From the NCBI GenBank assembly GCA_000002445.1, contig CM000208.1:3424001-3488000 (forward strand): DNA of 64,000 nt, read 5' to 3'. This DNA is from Trypanosoma brucei. Taxonomy: Eukaryota. How positions within the stretch are numbered: position 1 is the stretch's first letter; every line of letters starts with the position of its first letter. The notes beneath the pieces were generated by a model. The model was not told where the DNA came from, did no database searches, and worked only from the letters and a program-made list of their open reading frames with translations. Of this stretch, positions 34,201-42,633 are shown one piece after another. The position numbers and the translations under genes are program-made.

Positions 34201-34313
34201 GAATCACCATTTACTGAAATATCCCCTTCATCCTCCACTACCACTGATGGCGATCCCGGTGCAGGTTGGTGTGTGTCATCCACACCTTGCGGTGGATCTG
34301 TAGTCGCTTCCAT
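31275..34313 (-). CDS. Leucine-rich-repeat protein (1012 aa), possibly axonemal or flagellar
   Basis: Central LRR block (LEVLHLAYNQITSLAGL..., LPNLHTLNLSFNRISPSDILHLSYFPSLERLDLSGNKLCKLPDDLAGLTSVTHFALEGNMF..., LIEVNLNHNKLRRVPP). Disordered acidic and basic C-terminal half. Same strand as its neighbours. Confidence 0.6.
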   Translation of the reverse strand: MEATTDPPQGVDDTHQPAPGSPSVVVEDEGDISVNGDSQREESSRETTYSHHRFWDSFGRGQTFGNECVLLRTGEFLQYVIPKAKRCNVQFPHNTEFNGPTMGSLLSGARRGGRASNGVGGVVPEDFLPQPAPKADSLWGLFRQSARPQPRLDARVVHPQGFRILKGRSAIERSLRSYFRLPPAPSEHLKRERVLSQRLLLISDMKDDEEDARVFHAAMEGKLRPQQIRTNVTPPNMMLDGFLLLCAGGVPEPDAVKGATLQGSSLVGVISDDMAHFGNLSFLDVSENKLLLEQLLVLTGLEVLHLAYNQITSLAGLAEVVQNSLKRSMGNDSSMKMGPGSTQRGEGIDSSGPENSSIRSAAAYYARENLAETSSTDAGSGKFSSQEFEPPPANVTTGRNTFSGYVRERSPGKVLDHISRIVECSTHDVLLPNLHTLNLSFNRISPSDILHLSYFPSLERLDLSGNKLCKLPDDLAGLTSVTHFALEGNMFRDGENVFRALSTMPALIEVNLNHNKLRRVPPISVKDGHGLCFPSIEVIGLCHNRVERAQDVVALSELQHSLTRVILIGNPIAANKKEQGAVRAHFVQTVLSRYWKQMGLQGSSRSQRGHGSFSPCGTDTLDDIGSSQFQSNVRRGRMRRNDTESEEMPMYERSEGGNQDFSVWNSETKKDGASSQPYRYGDMEDSGENAETPEDGDVGMECFYTSSVHQSQIYGESTQSQSAFSPSEDSCILAGDICWYGDAPMPHSFDKGKATTTTALPSLTNFRVVEFVFDDTVMPKRTAAQFYGKKRSQQSGDVVVSSMVHPRTGLVTVPKHEEYMNVHRLAGTSSHKNSKRPYRTTREKEKRQMAQVLVPTDDDDDVKEADPQPHEVEKRRETTDDETETSSDEGALPQDAVFMTGVALEGKRTKRRKKVEIEDAQSEALKEDVERKEPVQKPETPKPPPQSKQRGPVRPKRRGGARADQAPQMVVEPPGTNARILMNELRRMLRRPLPPLPAVCTTRGGGSKPSGI

Positions 34314-35298
34314 TATATCCTATCTGCAGCTATGATTCCTTTTAGGTGAGGTATACAGCATGCAAGTTTAATGCCGCGACCTCACACCTACGGTGGGAAG
34401 GGGAAGAAAATGTAACACTTAAATAAGGAGATGAAATCCAAAGGCAAAAAAGAGTAGGGATGGACAGCAACATCAATTATAGAAACAACAACAAACCTTT
34501 GCTTCAAACGAGTTAATGTAGGTGTCACGCAAATAAACACATGTATAACGACGGCTCGACACTCACGACCAACAGCAACATTCATTTGAAGTTCTGTGGC
34601 TACGCTTCGCTTCTCAAAACCCCAGGAGAGGATGTCACAAATGCAAACACACCGGTAACAACAACAGTTAACAGTAAATTCTCGGCTAAAACAAGGAAAA
34701 CGCAAGAAGCAAAAAATGGGATAGAAGGGAAGAAGAATATGTCAAAATTGAAACAGTAACAAATCAGCAAAAAAAAGAAAAGTACATACCTCGCCATCTA
34801 GGAGCACCACTGCACGTGCGGCATCACTCTATCGTGTATTTTACTTTGAAAAGAAAAGAACTTATCCTCTAGACGGAGTAGGCCGCATTTATATTATCGT
34901 GCGGTCTAACACATACGCATTTCACAGTTTCTTCCTGAGCCCCATGAACAGCTGTAATTTCCAAGCCGCTTTATACTCACCGGCGAAACCACATGCCTGA
35001 AAAAGGTTGAACGGAAACAGAAAAAATGAAAGCAATAACACCAAACAAGGAAAGGGACAGCGGGATAATTAAAAACAACAACAACAACAACAAACGAACA
35101 GACGAGCAAACGAAGGGTGCCGTTGAGCGCACAGGAAAAAATTGCCTCGGCCCCTAACACTCCCTTCTTCCACGGAAAAATATGTCCACAAACTTTGTGA
35201 CGCTTTGTATTTTAGTAATTATTTGTTTATATTCCTTCGTTTCTTTTGCGCCATACCACCGCCCTTCCCACAATACCCTCCTCCTTCATAGTACATCC

Positions 35299-38200
35299 TT
35301 AGATGCCCTCCATCTGACGACCTCCTTTAACACCGTCGTCCTTTGTATTATCGGTGATGTTGTCACCGCTGACAAATTCTGATAACCTCCTTCCATTGCT
35401 TTTACACACTGACTCAAGAAGATCACGTTCGACGAAGAACTGCGGTTCTGCGCCGTGCTTTACCATACTATCAATGACTCGCATCGCATCCGTTGACGCC
35501 TTCATGTTCTCATGATAGTGCCTTACTAGCAAGGCGAAGATGTCACCAATGCGAATGGAAGATGTTATGTCCGCATGGTCCTTGTGGCTCGGTCGGCTTC
35601 GCTTAACAAGATCAGAGCAGACTGCAATGAATTCCTTCGCCTGCTCCTCTCCCTTGCCGCTGTCAGCAAGAAGTTTCACCGCTTTTACCGCCTGTGCCAC
35701 GATATCACGGCGGACGCGCAACCCCTCCATCTTTCCTGTAATGTTAACATCACACATCGCATCTCGGTTACGCTCCACTTGGCCAATACACTCATCCAAG
35801 GCACACCATGCATCGTAGTAGTTCCGGTTTTCATCGATTTGCAACTGGGCGTACGAGTCTATATAAGAAATGAGGTTTGTGAACGCTTTTGAACGCGTAT
35901 AAAACAGCACAATATGTTTGTGAATGTTTGCGTCGGTGTGCCAGTTCTGTGACTGCAGGAAATTACCGGCGAGAGTGTAGATCTCCGTACTTCGTGAGTG
36001 GTTCGCGAAGAAAATAACCTTCTTTACGTCACCGCCGCGCATAAGCATTTTCATGGCCTTCACCCGCTCCCCTAATTGCGTATATTTTCTGCACGCAAGG
36101 TTCCAGTTGCCCTGATCCCTCGCAATACCAGCGATCTGCCGCTCCAATTCAGTCTTTTGATCATCCGAAAGCTGGCGCCTCTTCGCTTCAGCGGTGATGG
36201 CATCAGCCATTTCGTCGGTGAGGCCAACACCACGCTCCACACAAAGAGTGAGCGCAGAGGGGTATTCTCTCGCAAAAATATACATTTCTGCTGCTTTGGT
36301 GTAGTGGCCACTCTCTACAAAGTGAGAAGCCATTTGAAGAAAAACCTCTGCATCCTTTTCGGCGTTGAGAGTAGAGCTTATACGGTGCATAGCGTCATAC
36401 TGTTTCCCCTTAATGCACACGTCGATCGCCTTTTGTATGTCTCCTATACGATGATACAGATCCACTGACATTTCGTACACACCGTTATGTTCAAGGAATG
36501 CGGCACAGTCAAGCATTAGATGCGTGTCCTCACTGTTTTGAGCAATCGTTAACAACTCGCTGTGCCGCTCGTGCGACTTGGCCACTTTGGCAGCTGCCCG
36601 CCACGCACCAGCGTGTTGATAATATTTCAGCGCAGATGTTACGTCACCGTTACGTTCGTAGTGCTTGCCAACAAAGTACGCTGCACCAACTGGTTCGATG
36701 GATTGATTTGGCGATGACTGCATCAGCGGGGTCCTGGAACTCTCAGCTTCGCTGCGCCTCTTTTTAATCTCATTGTCTACAATATCAATGGCCTCCTGTG
36801 TTTTTGGTGGTGACTCGTTGAAAAGGAGTCGCACGGTGTTGAAGACATCCCCAGCGAGAGTGTAAAAGTTCGTTGCCTCGCTGAATTTCTTTCGACGCTC
36901 AGCCTGCCGCGCCCACCAATGCAGGAGCTCAGGGTTGTGCGCAAAGAGCTTCTGCAAGATGGGCTGCACTTGGTTGTCGTCATGACCTCTATCATCGCTT
37001 TTCGGATTTCCCCCGGCGCTTGCCGCTCGTACCTCTCCGTCACCTGCAATACCAACACTTTTTGGGTCGGTGAGACTGCTGGCGGGATTCGCTGGTGCTT
37101 CTGCCTCCGCGTTTGACCTGCCTTTGTCAACCGTTGCAACCTCCGCCGATTCTCTCTTCTTCTCAGGCGGTGTCACCAAAAGACGGAGATCAGAGAGGCG
37201 ACCGTTCTGGAAGTACAAACGTACAACGTCCGTGTCAAGGCACCTTGCATTGCAATACCACATCACCGCCGCATCAAAGTTGGAGAAGGACTCCATAAAC
37301 TGGGCGTACTTGTACGCGACTGGGTACACGCGAATGCGGTCGTGCTCACGTGCGTGACGTTGCGCCTGCTCAAACTTTCCACAAGCAATGAAGAGATCGG
37401 TAATCAAGTCGAACCGTTTTGCTTTTCGCAGTAGTTCCTCACATTCCCTCACAAGACCGAGGCTGCAAGCAAGTGTGGCAACCTGTACCTCCTTTTCACC
37501 AGGGTAGTTCGTTCGAGCAACACGAAGGGCGCTTGCAGCAACACCATCTTGCATTTGCGCCAAGCAAACACTAGCAACGTCCAATCGACCGGAGGCAACG
37601 CACATCTTTGCGAGGCTCTGCCAAACGGTGGCAGTCTTAATCGTCTTAACACATCGGTAGGCCTCATCCATATTCCCGACTGTTGAGTAATAGCTAAATT
37701 TCATGAGAGCCTCCAACACTGCCGCGTCCTTTTCAGTCTTCAATCCCTCAAAGTCCCGAAGCCGCTTCTGTTCAATCATGTAGTCCTCCGGATTGCCAGG
37801 GTCGCCGTTAATGCGAACCGAAGTAAGTAAGAAGTCAGGGATCGTTAGGCCAACCAGACATATGTGATATCGCTTCAGTTCCACGGAGTTGTGCACCACA
37901 AGACCTCTGTTGGTTGCGAAAAGTGTTACAAGGTTGTGCGAGCGGTGGGCAAGTGGGTTCACTGCGCTGAAGCCATTTTCAGCGTCCTCAGCGGCCGATT
38001 TGCCTTTTGCGTCCGCAAAGTTCTCCAGATCAGGCATCGCGCCATTAGTTGCCTCTTTGCTCTTAGATTCGGTCGGTTGAGATGTCCTTTTCGGAGAACG
38101 CACACCGCTTTCCCTGTGTTCTGGTGGGCTACAAGTGTCCCTGCCATCGACGTTCCCTTGAGGTCCCGTGGGTTTTTGTTCATCAGGCTGGGAAACGCCC

Positions 38201-40389
38201 TTCAACTGATGCGTTTCGCAGGCCAGTAAAAGGTATCCGGGCTCGCCAAGGGAGTTGCCATTCGGCTCAGGAGTGTTCCAGTATACAGCATGTGGAATTT
38301 CCATCCGTTCCATGAAATCATACGAAAACATCAGATCGGTATCAGCATCATACACCCAAACACGAGTGTCCGGCTGGTCGTTTGAGACGCACCGAGCCAT
38401 TAAGGCCACACGGCGACCTTCAGCATTAACTTTGATACTTGTCACAACCAAATCGTTTCCAAGCTTCGGAAGGAGCCGAGGAGGACCCAAGGGCGTCACC
38501 TCATTACTGTTCACAATGGCTAACCGCATTGCATTCTCAGACGATAGCGCCACGACAACATCTGACATCACATCAACTAATGTTGGTACACCCTCAGCTT
38601 CCGTAAATGCAATCTGCCCTATCATAATCATTTGGAAACTGGAGAACACAATCCGATGGGTGTCCCTCACGTAAAAGATTCCAGACTGGTGAATAGCGAA
38701 TGCCGGGTTCTTGGATGGGACGGAGCTAGTCAGTGTCGCCGTAGAGGTAGCCTCGTTGACGGTGTATAGGTCAATTTGATATCCGTTCCAAAGGCCGATG
38801 ATAGGAAAGGCGATGGACACACCGTATATCTTGCTGCTGCTCTTTAGTAAGCATTGGCAGCCGGTAACACTTTCAACCACCGCCACCTCCATCGAAATTT
38901 GTGTAGCAGCAGCAACACCATCCCATGCGCGTTTCCGAACTGTTTCCCGTAGCATCTGAAGTTTTCCGTTGGAAAGCGTAACATATATGTAGTTATTTCC
39001 ACTGAAACAGAGTCGCTCCACACGGTCCTCTACCTTGACAACCGTCAGCAGTTCCCACTCAGCAGCTGGGTCACCATTGCTCTCGAAAGCACCCGCTTTC
39101 TCTGTACCTTTATTGAACGCATTGGAGGAAGCTGCGGAACCACTTCTCATTCCTACGTCAAACGCACTCACTCCCATGGCATCGTACGGGCTGCTACTCC
39201 CCTGGCAAACAAAGGAAGGTTTCTGGAATACGGCAACTGATCCCTCAGCCGTTGCCATCACGAGGAGTCCCTTTTTCGTCAACGTCGCAATGTGTACGAC
39301 GTGCGCTGATGGAGCCGATGGATGCATTACAACGTACATTCTATCACTTTGCACATTGAAAAAACGCACCCGGTCATCCCCACATCCAAACACGAGTACA
39401 CCGGCAGAAACCCATTCCATCGCTAACGGGTTCCGATTGGCTGAGGCGCCAGGAACCGGTATGGAGAGCTTGCGCCTCATCACTAACTCCGCAACAATGG
39501 TGGGGGTAACACGGTACACAGTCAACATGTGCGTCAAACTGAGAGCAACAAGATAGCGCTCTACCGGGTCATACAAAACTGCGGCTGCAGTTTCTTCCAT
39601 GGTAGCGAGAGGAAACAGTTTCTGTTCCTCGCTGAGTCCAAAAATTGTCTTTCCCTTGCTGGACGCAAGTATGAACACGCACTCGCTTTCACCGTCATCA
39701 AGTCCAGCTGCCTGGAGATTTGCTGTTGTCGAGCCCTCAGCGTTTTCCCCCTCGGCTGCAGGTTTCCGCTGCTGGCGCTGCGACCGCTCCCGTGCCACCA
39801 CAGGCGGTGTCGACACACGCATGGCATGTGTTACGGTTTCGTCCGTAGTAACAGACCACTGTGGGGCCACTGTCGAATGCGAAGCTGGTTTCCCTGCCGA
39901 ATCAGCTTCGCCTTCAGCAGCTGTGGCGCCGCTATCGAATACCCACATAACCGCACGCTTTGAATCGGCCGCCGTCACTAGGTACGCGCCGGAACCGGAC
40001 CATTCACACGCTGTCACGGAGCCATTGACGTGCTGCACCCGGGCGCTTTCTACATCTACCGGTGGGTGTAATGTGAAGTTTGCATCCGTGGGTTTCGTGG
40101 GTGGAAGTGTCCAAACGAGCAACTTCCCACTTCTCGTCCCAATTGCCAAAACTGGCCGGGCTGGGTGCCATGCCAAGCAAGTCACATCATCAGTTGCCTT
40201 TGTACCATCCGACTGACTTTGCGGCTTGGGCGTGTGGTCGGCAACGCTTTCACCCTCCGAGTCTGTTACCAACACATGCAGCGGGTTTGTCCATACGGAA
40301 GCAACAAGTGGCAACTGGGGATGGGCCACAACGTGAGTTGCTGAGACGGCGCCACGACTCGCTATGTTATTCACGAAGTACAGAGACAT
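35299..40389 (-). CDS. IFT140: Intraflagellar transport protein IFT140 (IFT-A complex): N-terminal WD40 beta-propellers plus C-terminal TPR-like solenoid
   Basis: N-terminus MSLYFVNNI parallels human IFT140 'MALYYDHQI'. C-terminal segment RKYTQLGERVKAMKMLMRGGDVKKVIFFANHSRSTEIYTLAGNFLQSQNWHTDANIHKHIVLFYTRSKAFTNLISYIDSYAQLQIDENRNYYDA closely matches human IFT140 '[94 protein letters not shown]'. Upstream of it, WQSLAKMCVASGRLDVASVCLAQM parallels '[24 protein letters not shown]'. Confidence 0.85.
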   Translation of the reverse strand: MSLYFVNNIASRGAVSATHVVAHPQLPLVASVWTNPLHVLVTDSEGESVADHTPKPQSQSDGTKATDDVTCLAWHPARPVLAIGTRSGKLLVWTLPPTKPTDANFTLHPPVDVESARVQHVNGSVTACEWSGSGAYLVTAADSKRAVMWVFDSGATAAEGEADSAGKPASHSTVAPQWSVTTDETVTHAMRVSTPPVVARERSQRQQRKPAAEGENAEGSTTANLQAAGLDDGESECVFILASSKGKTIFGLSEEQKLFPLATMEETAAAVLYDPVERYLVALSLTHMLTVYRVTPTIVAELVMRRKLSIPVPGASANRNPLAMEWVSAGVLVFGCGDDRVRFFNVQSDRMYVVMHPSAPSAHVVHIATLTKKGLLVMATAEGSVAVFQKPSFVCQGSSSPYDAMGVSAFDVGMRSGSAASSNAFNKGTEKAGAFESNGDPAAEWELLTVVKVEDRVERLCFSGNNYIYVTLSNGKLQMLRETVRKRAWDGVAAATQISMEVAVVESVTGCQCLLKSSSKIYGVSIAFPIIGLWNGYQIDLYTVNEATSTATLTSSVPSKNPAFAIHQSGIFYVRDTHRIVFSSFQMIMIGQIAFTEAEGVPTLVDVMSDVVVALSSENAMRLAIVNSNEVTPLGPPRLLPKLGNDLVVTSIKVNAEGRRVALMARCVSNDQPDTRVWVYDADTDLMFSYDFMERMEIPHAVYWNTPEPNGNSLGEPGYLLLACETHQLKGVSQPDEQKPTGPQGNVDGRDTCSPPEHRESGVRSPKRTSQPTESKSKEATNGAMPDLENFADAKGKSAAEDAENGFSAVNPLAHRSHNLVTLFATNRGLVVHNSVELKRYHICLVGLTIPDFLLTSVRINGDPGNPEDYMIEQKRLRDFEGLKTEKDAAVLEALMKFSYYSTVGNMDEAYRCVKTIKTATVWQSLAKMCVASGRLDVASVCLAQMQDGVAASALRVARTNYPGEKEVQVATLACSLGLVRECEELLRKAKRFDLITDLFIACGKFEQAQRHAREHDRIRVYPVAYKYAQFMESFSNFDAAVMWYCNARCLDTDVVRLYFQNGRLSDLRLLVTPPEKKRESAEVATVDKGRSNAEAEAPANPASSLTDPKSVGIAGDGEVRAASAGGNPKSDDRGHDDNQVQPILQKLFAHNPELLHWWARQAERRKKFSEATNFYTLAGDVFNTVRLLFNESPPKTQEAIDIVDNEIKKRRSEAESSRTPLMQSSPNQSIEPVGAAYFVGKHYERNGDVTSALKYYQHAGAWRAAAKVAKSHERHSELLTIAQNSEDTHLMLDCAAFLEHNGVYEMSVDLYHRIGDIQKAIDVCIKGKQYDAMHRISSTLNAEKDAEVFLQMASHFVESGHYTKAAEMYIFAREYPSALTLCVERGVGLTDEMADAITAEAKRRQLSDDQKTELERQIAGIARDQGNWNLACRKYTQLGERVKAMKMLMRGGDVKKVIFFANHSRSTEIYTLAGNFLQSQNWHTDANIHKHIVLFYTRSKAFTNLISYIDSYAQLQIDENRNYYDAWCALDECIGQVERNRDAMCDVNITGKMEGLRVRRDIVAQAVKAVKLLADSGKGEEQAKEFIAVCSDLVKRSRPSHKDHADITSSIRIGDIFALLVRHYHENMKASTDAMRVIDSMVKHGAEPQFFVERDLLESVCKSNGRRLSEFVSGDNITDNTKDDGVKGGRQMEGI

Positions 40390-42633
40390 GTCAACCTCCG
40401 CCTTTGACTGTCTTAATCTTTTCTTTCTTCTTCCCTTTTGTTTATTTTATTCCCCTTGTTTTTTTTCTTTTTACAATTTCTTTCCCTACACCCCTTTTGG
40501 GTTCCAACCAGCAAAAGGCCCTGCTATCTCTCAGTGCACGTACAGATGGGCAACAGCAGACAATATGCACGCTCACAGCCTGCTTGTTGTGAATTGCTGG
40601 GTTTGTGATAAGTTGTCTTGCTTCCTCTTGCTTCTTTTTTCCCCCTTTTCTTTGCTCTTAAGCTTCCCCCCTCGTAACTTCACACCACCCACAAGTCCCC
40701 AAGGAACAAAAAAAAAGGATAAGAATAAACGCCATTACTGCAAAGAAAGCACAAGTAGACCACACTTCAGCAAATTCTTACATCACCGCTTCCGAAGAAG
40801 TTGTGTGTAAAGAACACTATACGATACAACGCTGCGCTGCAGCTTATTTGCGTTCCTCTTCATATATATTTCTATCTATATATCTATAAACATATGAGTG
40901 TGTACATGCTTGAAGTTCACGATTACACACTATCACAAGCTTAATTACAAGAGATCCGCGTGGCTTCTAAAATACGGACAGGGGTAAAACATGGATATGT
41001 ACACACATAGACTTCTCTCACAACGATAGAATTCCCCTTCTTTTAATCCCGACCTGCAGCCACGACGGGCACAGGTGTGCGACATCTACACAATGTAAAT
41101 AAAAAAAGAAATATATATATGATTTCTGTATGTGAGCAAACCAACCGGAATGTAACGGAGAAAAAGGGAAAAGTTGAGAAACCCCATAGCCTCTCCGGAG
41201 TGACTTCTGGATGCTACAAACCTGTTCGTTGCACAAATGCAAGGGGAAATCACATTTAGTGTACAGATGAACCCGAGCCTAACGGGTTGTTCCCCAGTTA
41301 TACTAACAGTGACAAGTGGTCACAGTCAACGTGCCGCAACATGCGTTTGCAATTTACAAGCCAAGTCATACAGGTTACATTTCACAGTTTGCCTTATCTG
41401 CCTTCGTCATACATGGTCAATATCGCATGTAAAGTTACTTTCCATGCCAATTATATATAAAAAGGATGAAGGGAAAGGGGGAAAAAAAAGAGGAAAAAAG
41501 AGGAAAAAGGAAGTAATGCGCAGGAACACTTCTCTCTCCCTTGTACCACGGAGGCCTAAACAGCCAACACATAATCGGTCAGACATACAGAAAGAATTTA
41601 GTTTATTTTTATTGCAGTAAGCGGAGAAAGGATTTTAAAAAAACAAAGGGAAAACAAAAGATAGGGGAAAAAAGAGGGGGAGCACGCGTGGTAAAAAAAA
41701 AAACGCAAACGATACGAAAGTTAAAACAGAAGAAAAAAAAGCAAAAAGACAGGAGGAAGATATCACGAGCACCCATACACTAAAGTGGGGCTCGTACCTA
41801 CAACACACACACACACACGCAGCCGTACACGATCAAACGAAGTTGCACCAAGTTAGAAATGACAACTCCACGGGAAAAAAATTAATATAGTAACGAAACC
41901 TTGTATACTAAGTCTATGGGATAACTCGTGTTTCGAAAAAAAAAAAAGGTGATAACGGGATTAGAGAATTGGGATAACAAAAGCGAAGATTAAAAAAATG
42001 GAGAAAACGGAAACACTAGAACACGCACTGTTCGCTTTTGTCACATAGCGCAAACAAATGAAGAAAGCGATGCCAAGTCACTTCGCCTTCATGGCGTTTC
42101 TAGCGCTATTTGCTTTTCATGTCACAAAAAACTGACAAAAGTATGAGGGCACTGAAAACCGTGATAGTTCTAGCGGATTCAGGTAACCCGGTCTCGAAGG
42201 CTTCTCCTTAAGGCCACTGCAGCGAGATATAAAGAAAAAACAAAACTAAAACTAAAATAGGAACAAAGGTATAACGGATAAGTCCGAGAAAGAACAGCAG
42301 CGTGACGGTTGAACAGCGCCTCAGCCCTCCCCCGCAAACACGGACACACATAAATAAATATTTATTTATATCACAAGCACCTAAAACACCCCAGTTTCTT
42401 AATCTCATCTACCAATCCTATTAGTGATAATCAATCCTTCATGGGACGTCCCCCCTCCTTTCCGCTGTCCTCTTGTCGAACAGACCTCATGCACCCTGTA
42501 AAATATATAATAATGATAGTAGCTTCCAGTACACGAACTACTGGAGGAAAAAAAAAACAAAATCACACCGCCAAGAGAGCCAATTGCTGGCCGAAAAGTT
42601 ATGGTCGGATTAACACTCCTCTCATCATGTAGC

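Noticed and set aside
39599-40592. 205-aa and 170-aa + strand ORFs over the 5' end of IFT140
   Set aside because: They are shadow ORFs opposite a strongly conserved IFT140 N-terminus. They are Ala/Ser/Pro-rich antisense readings.
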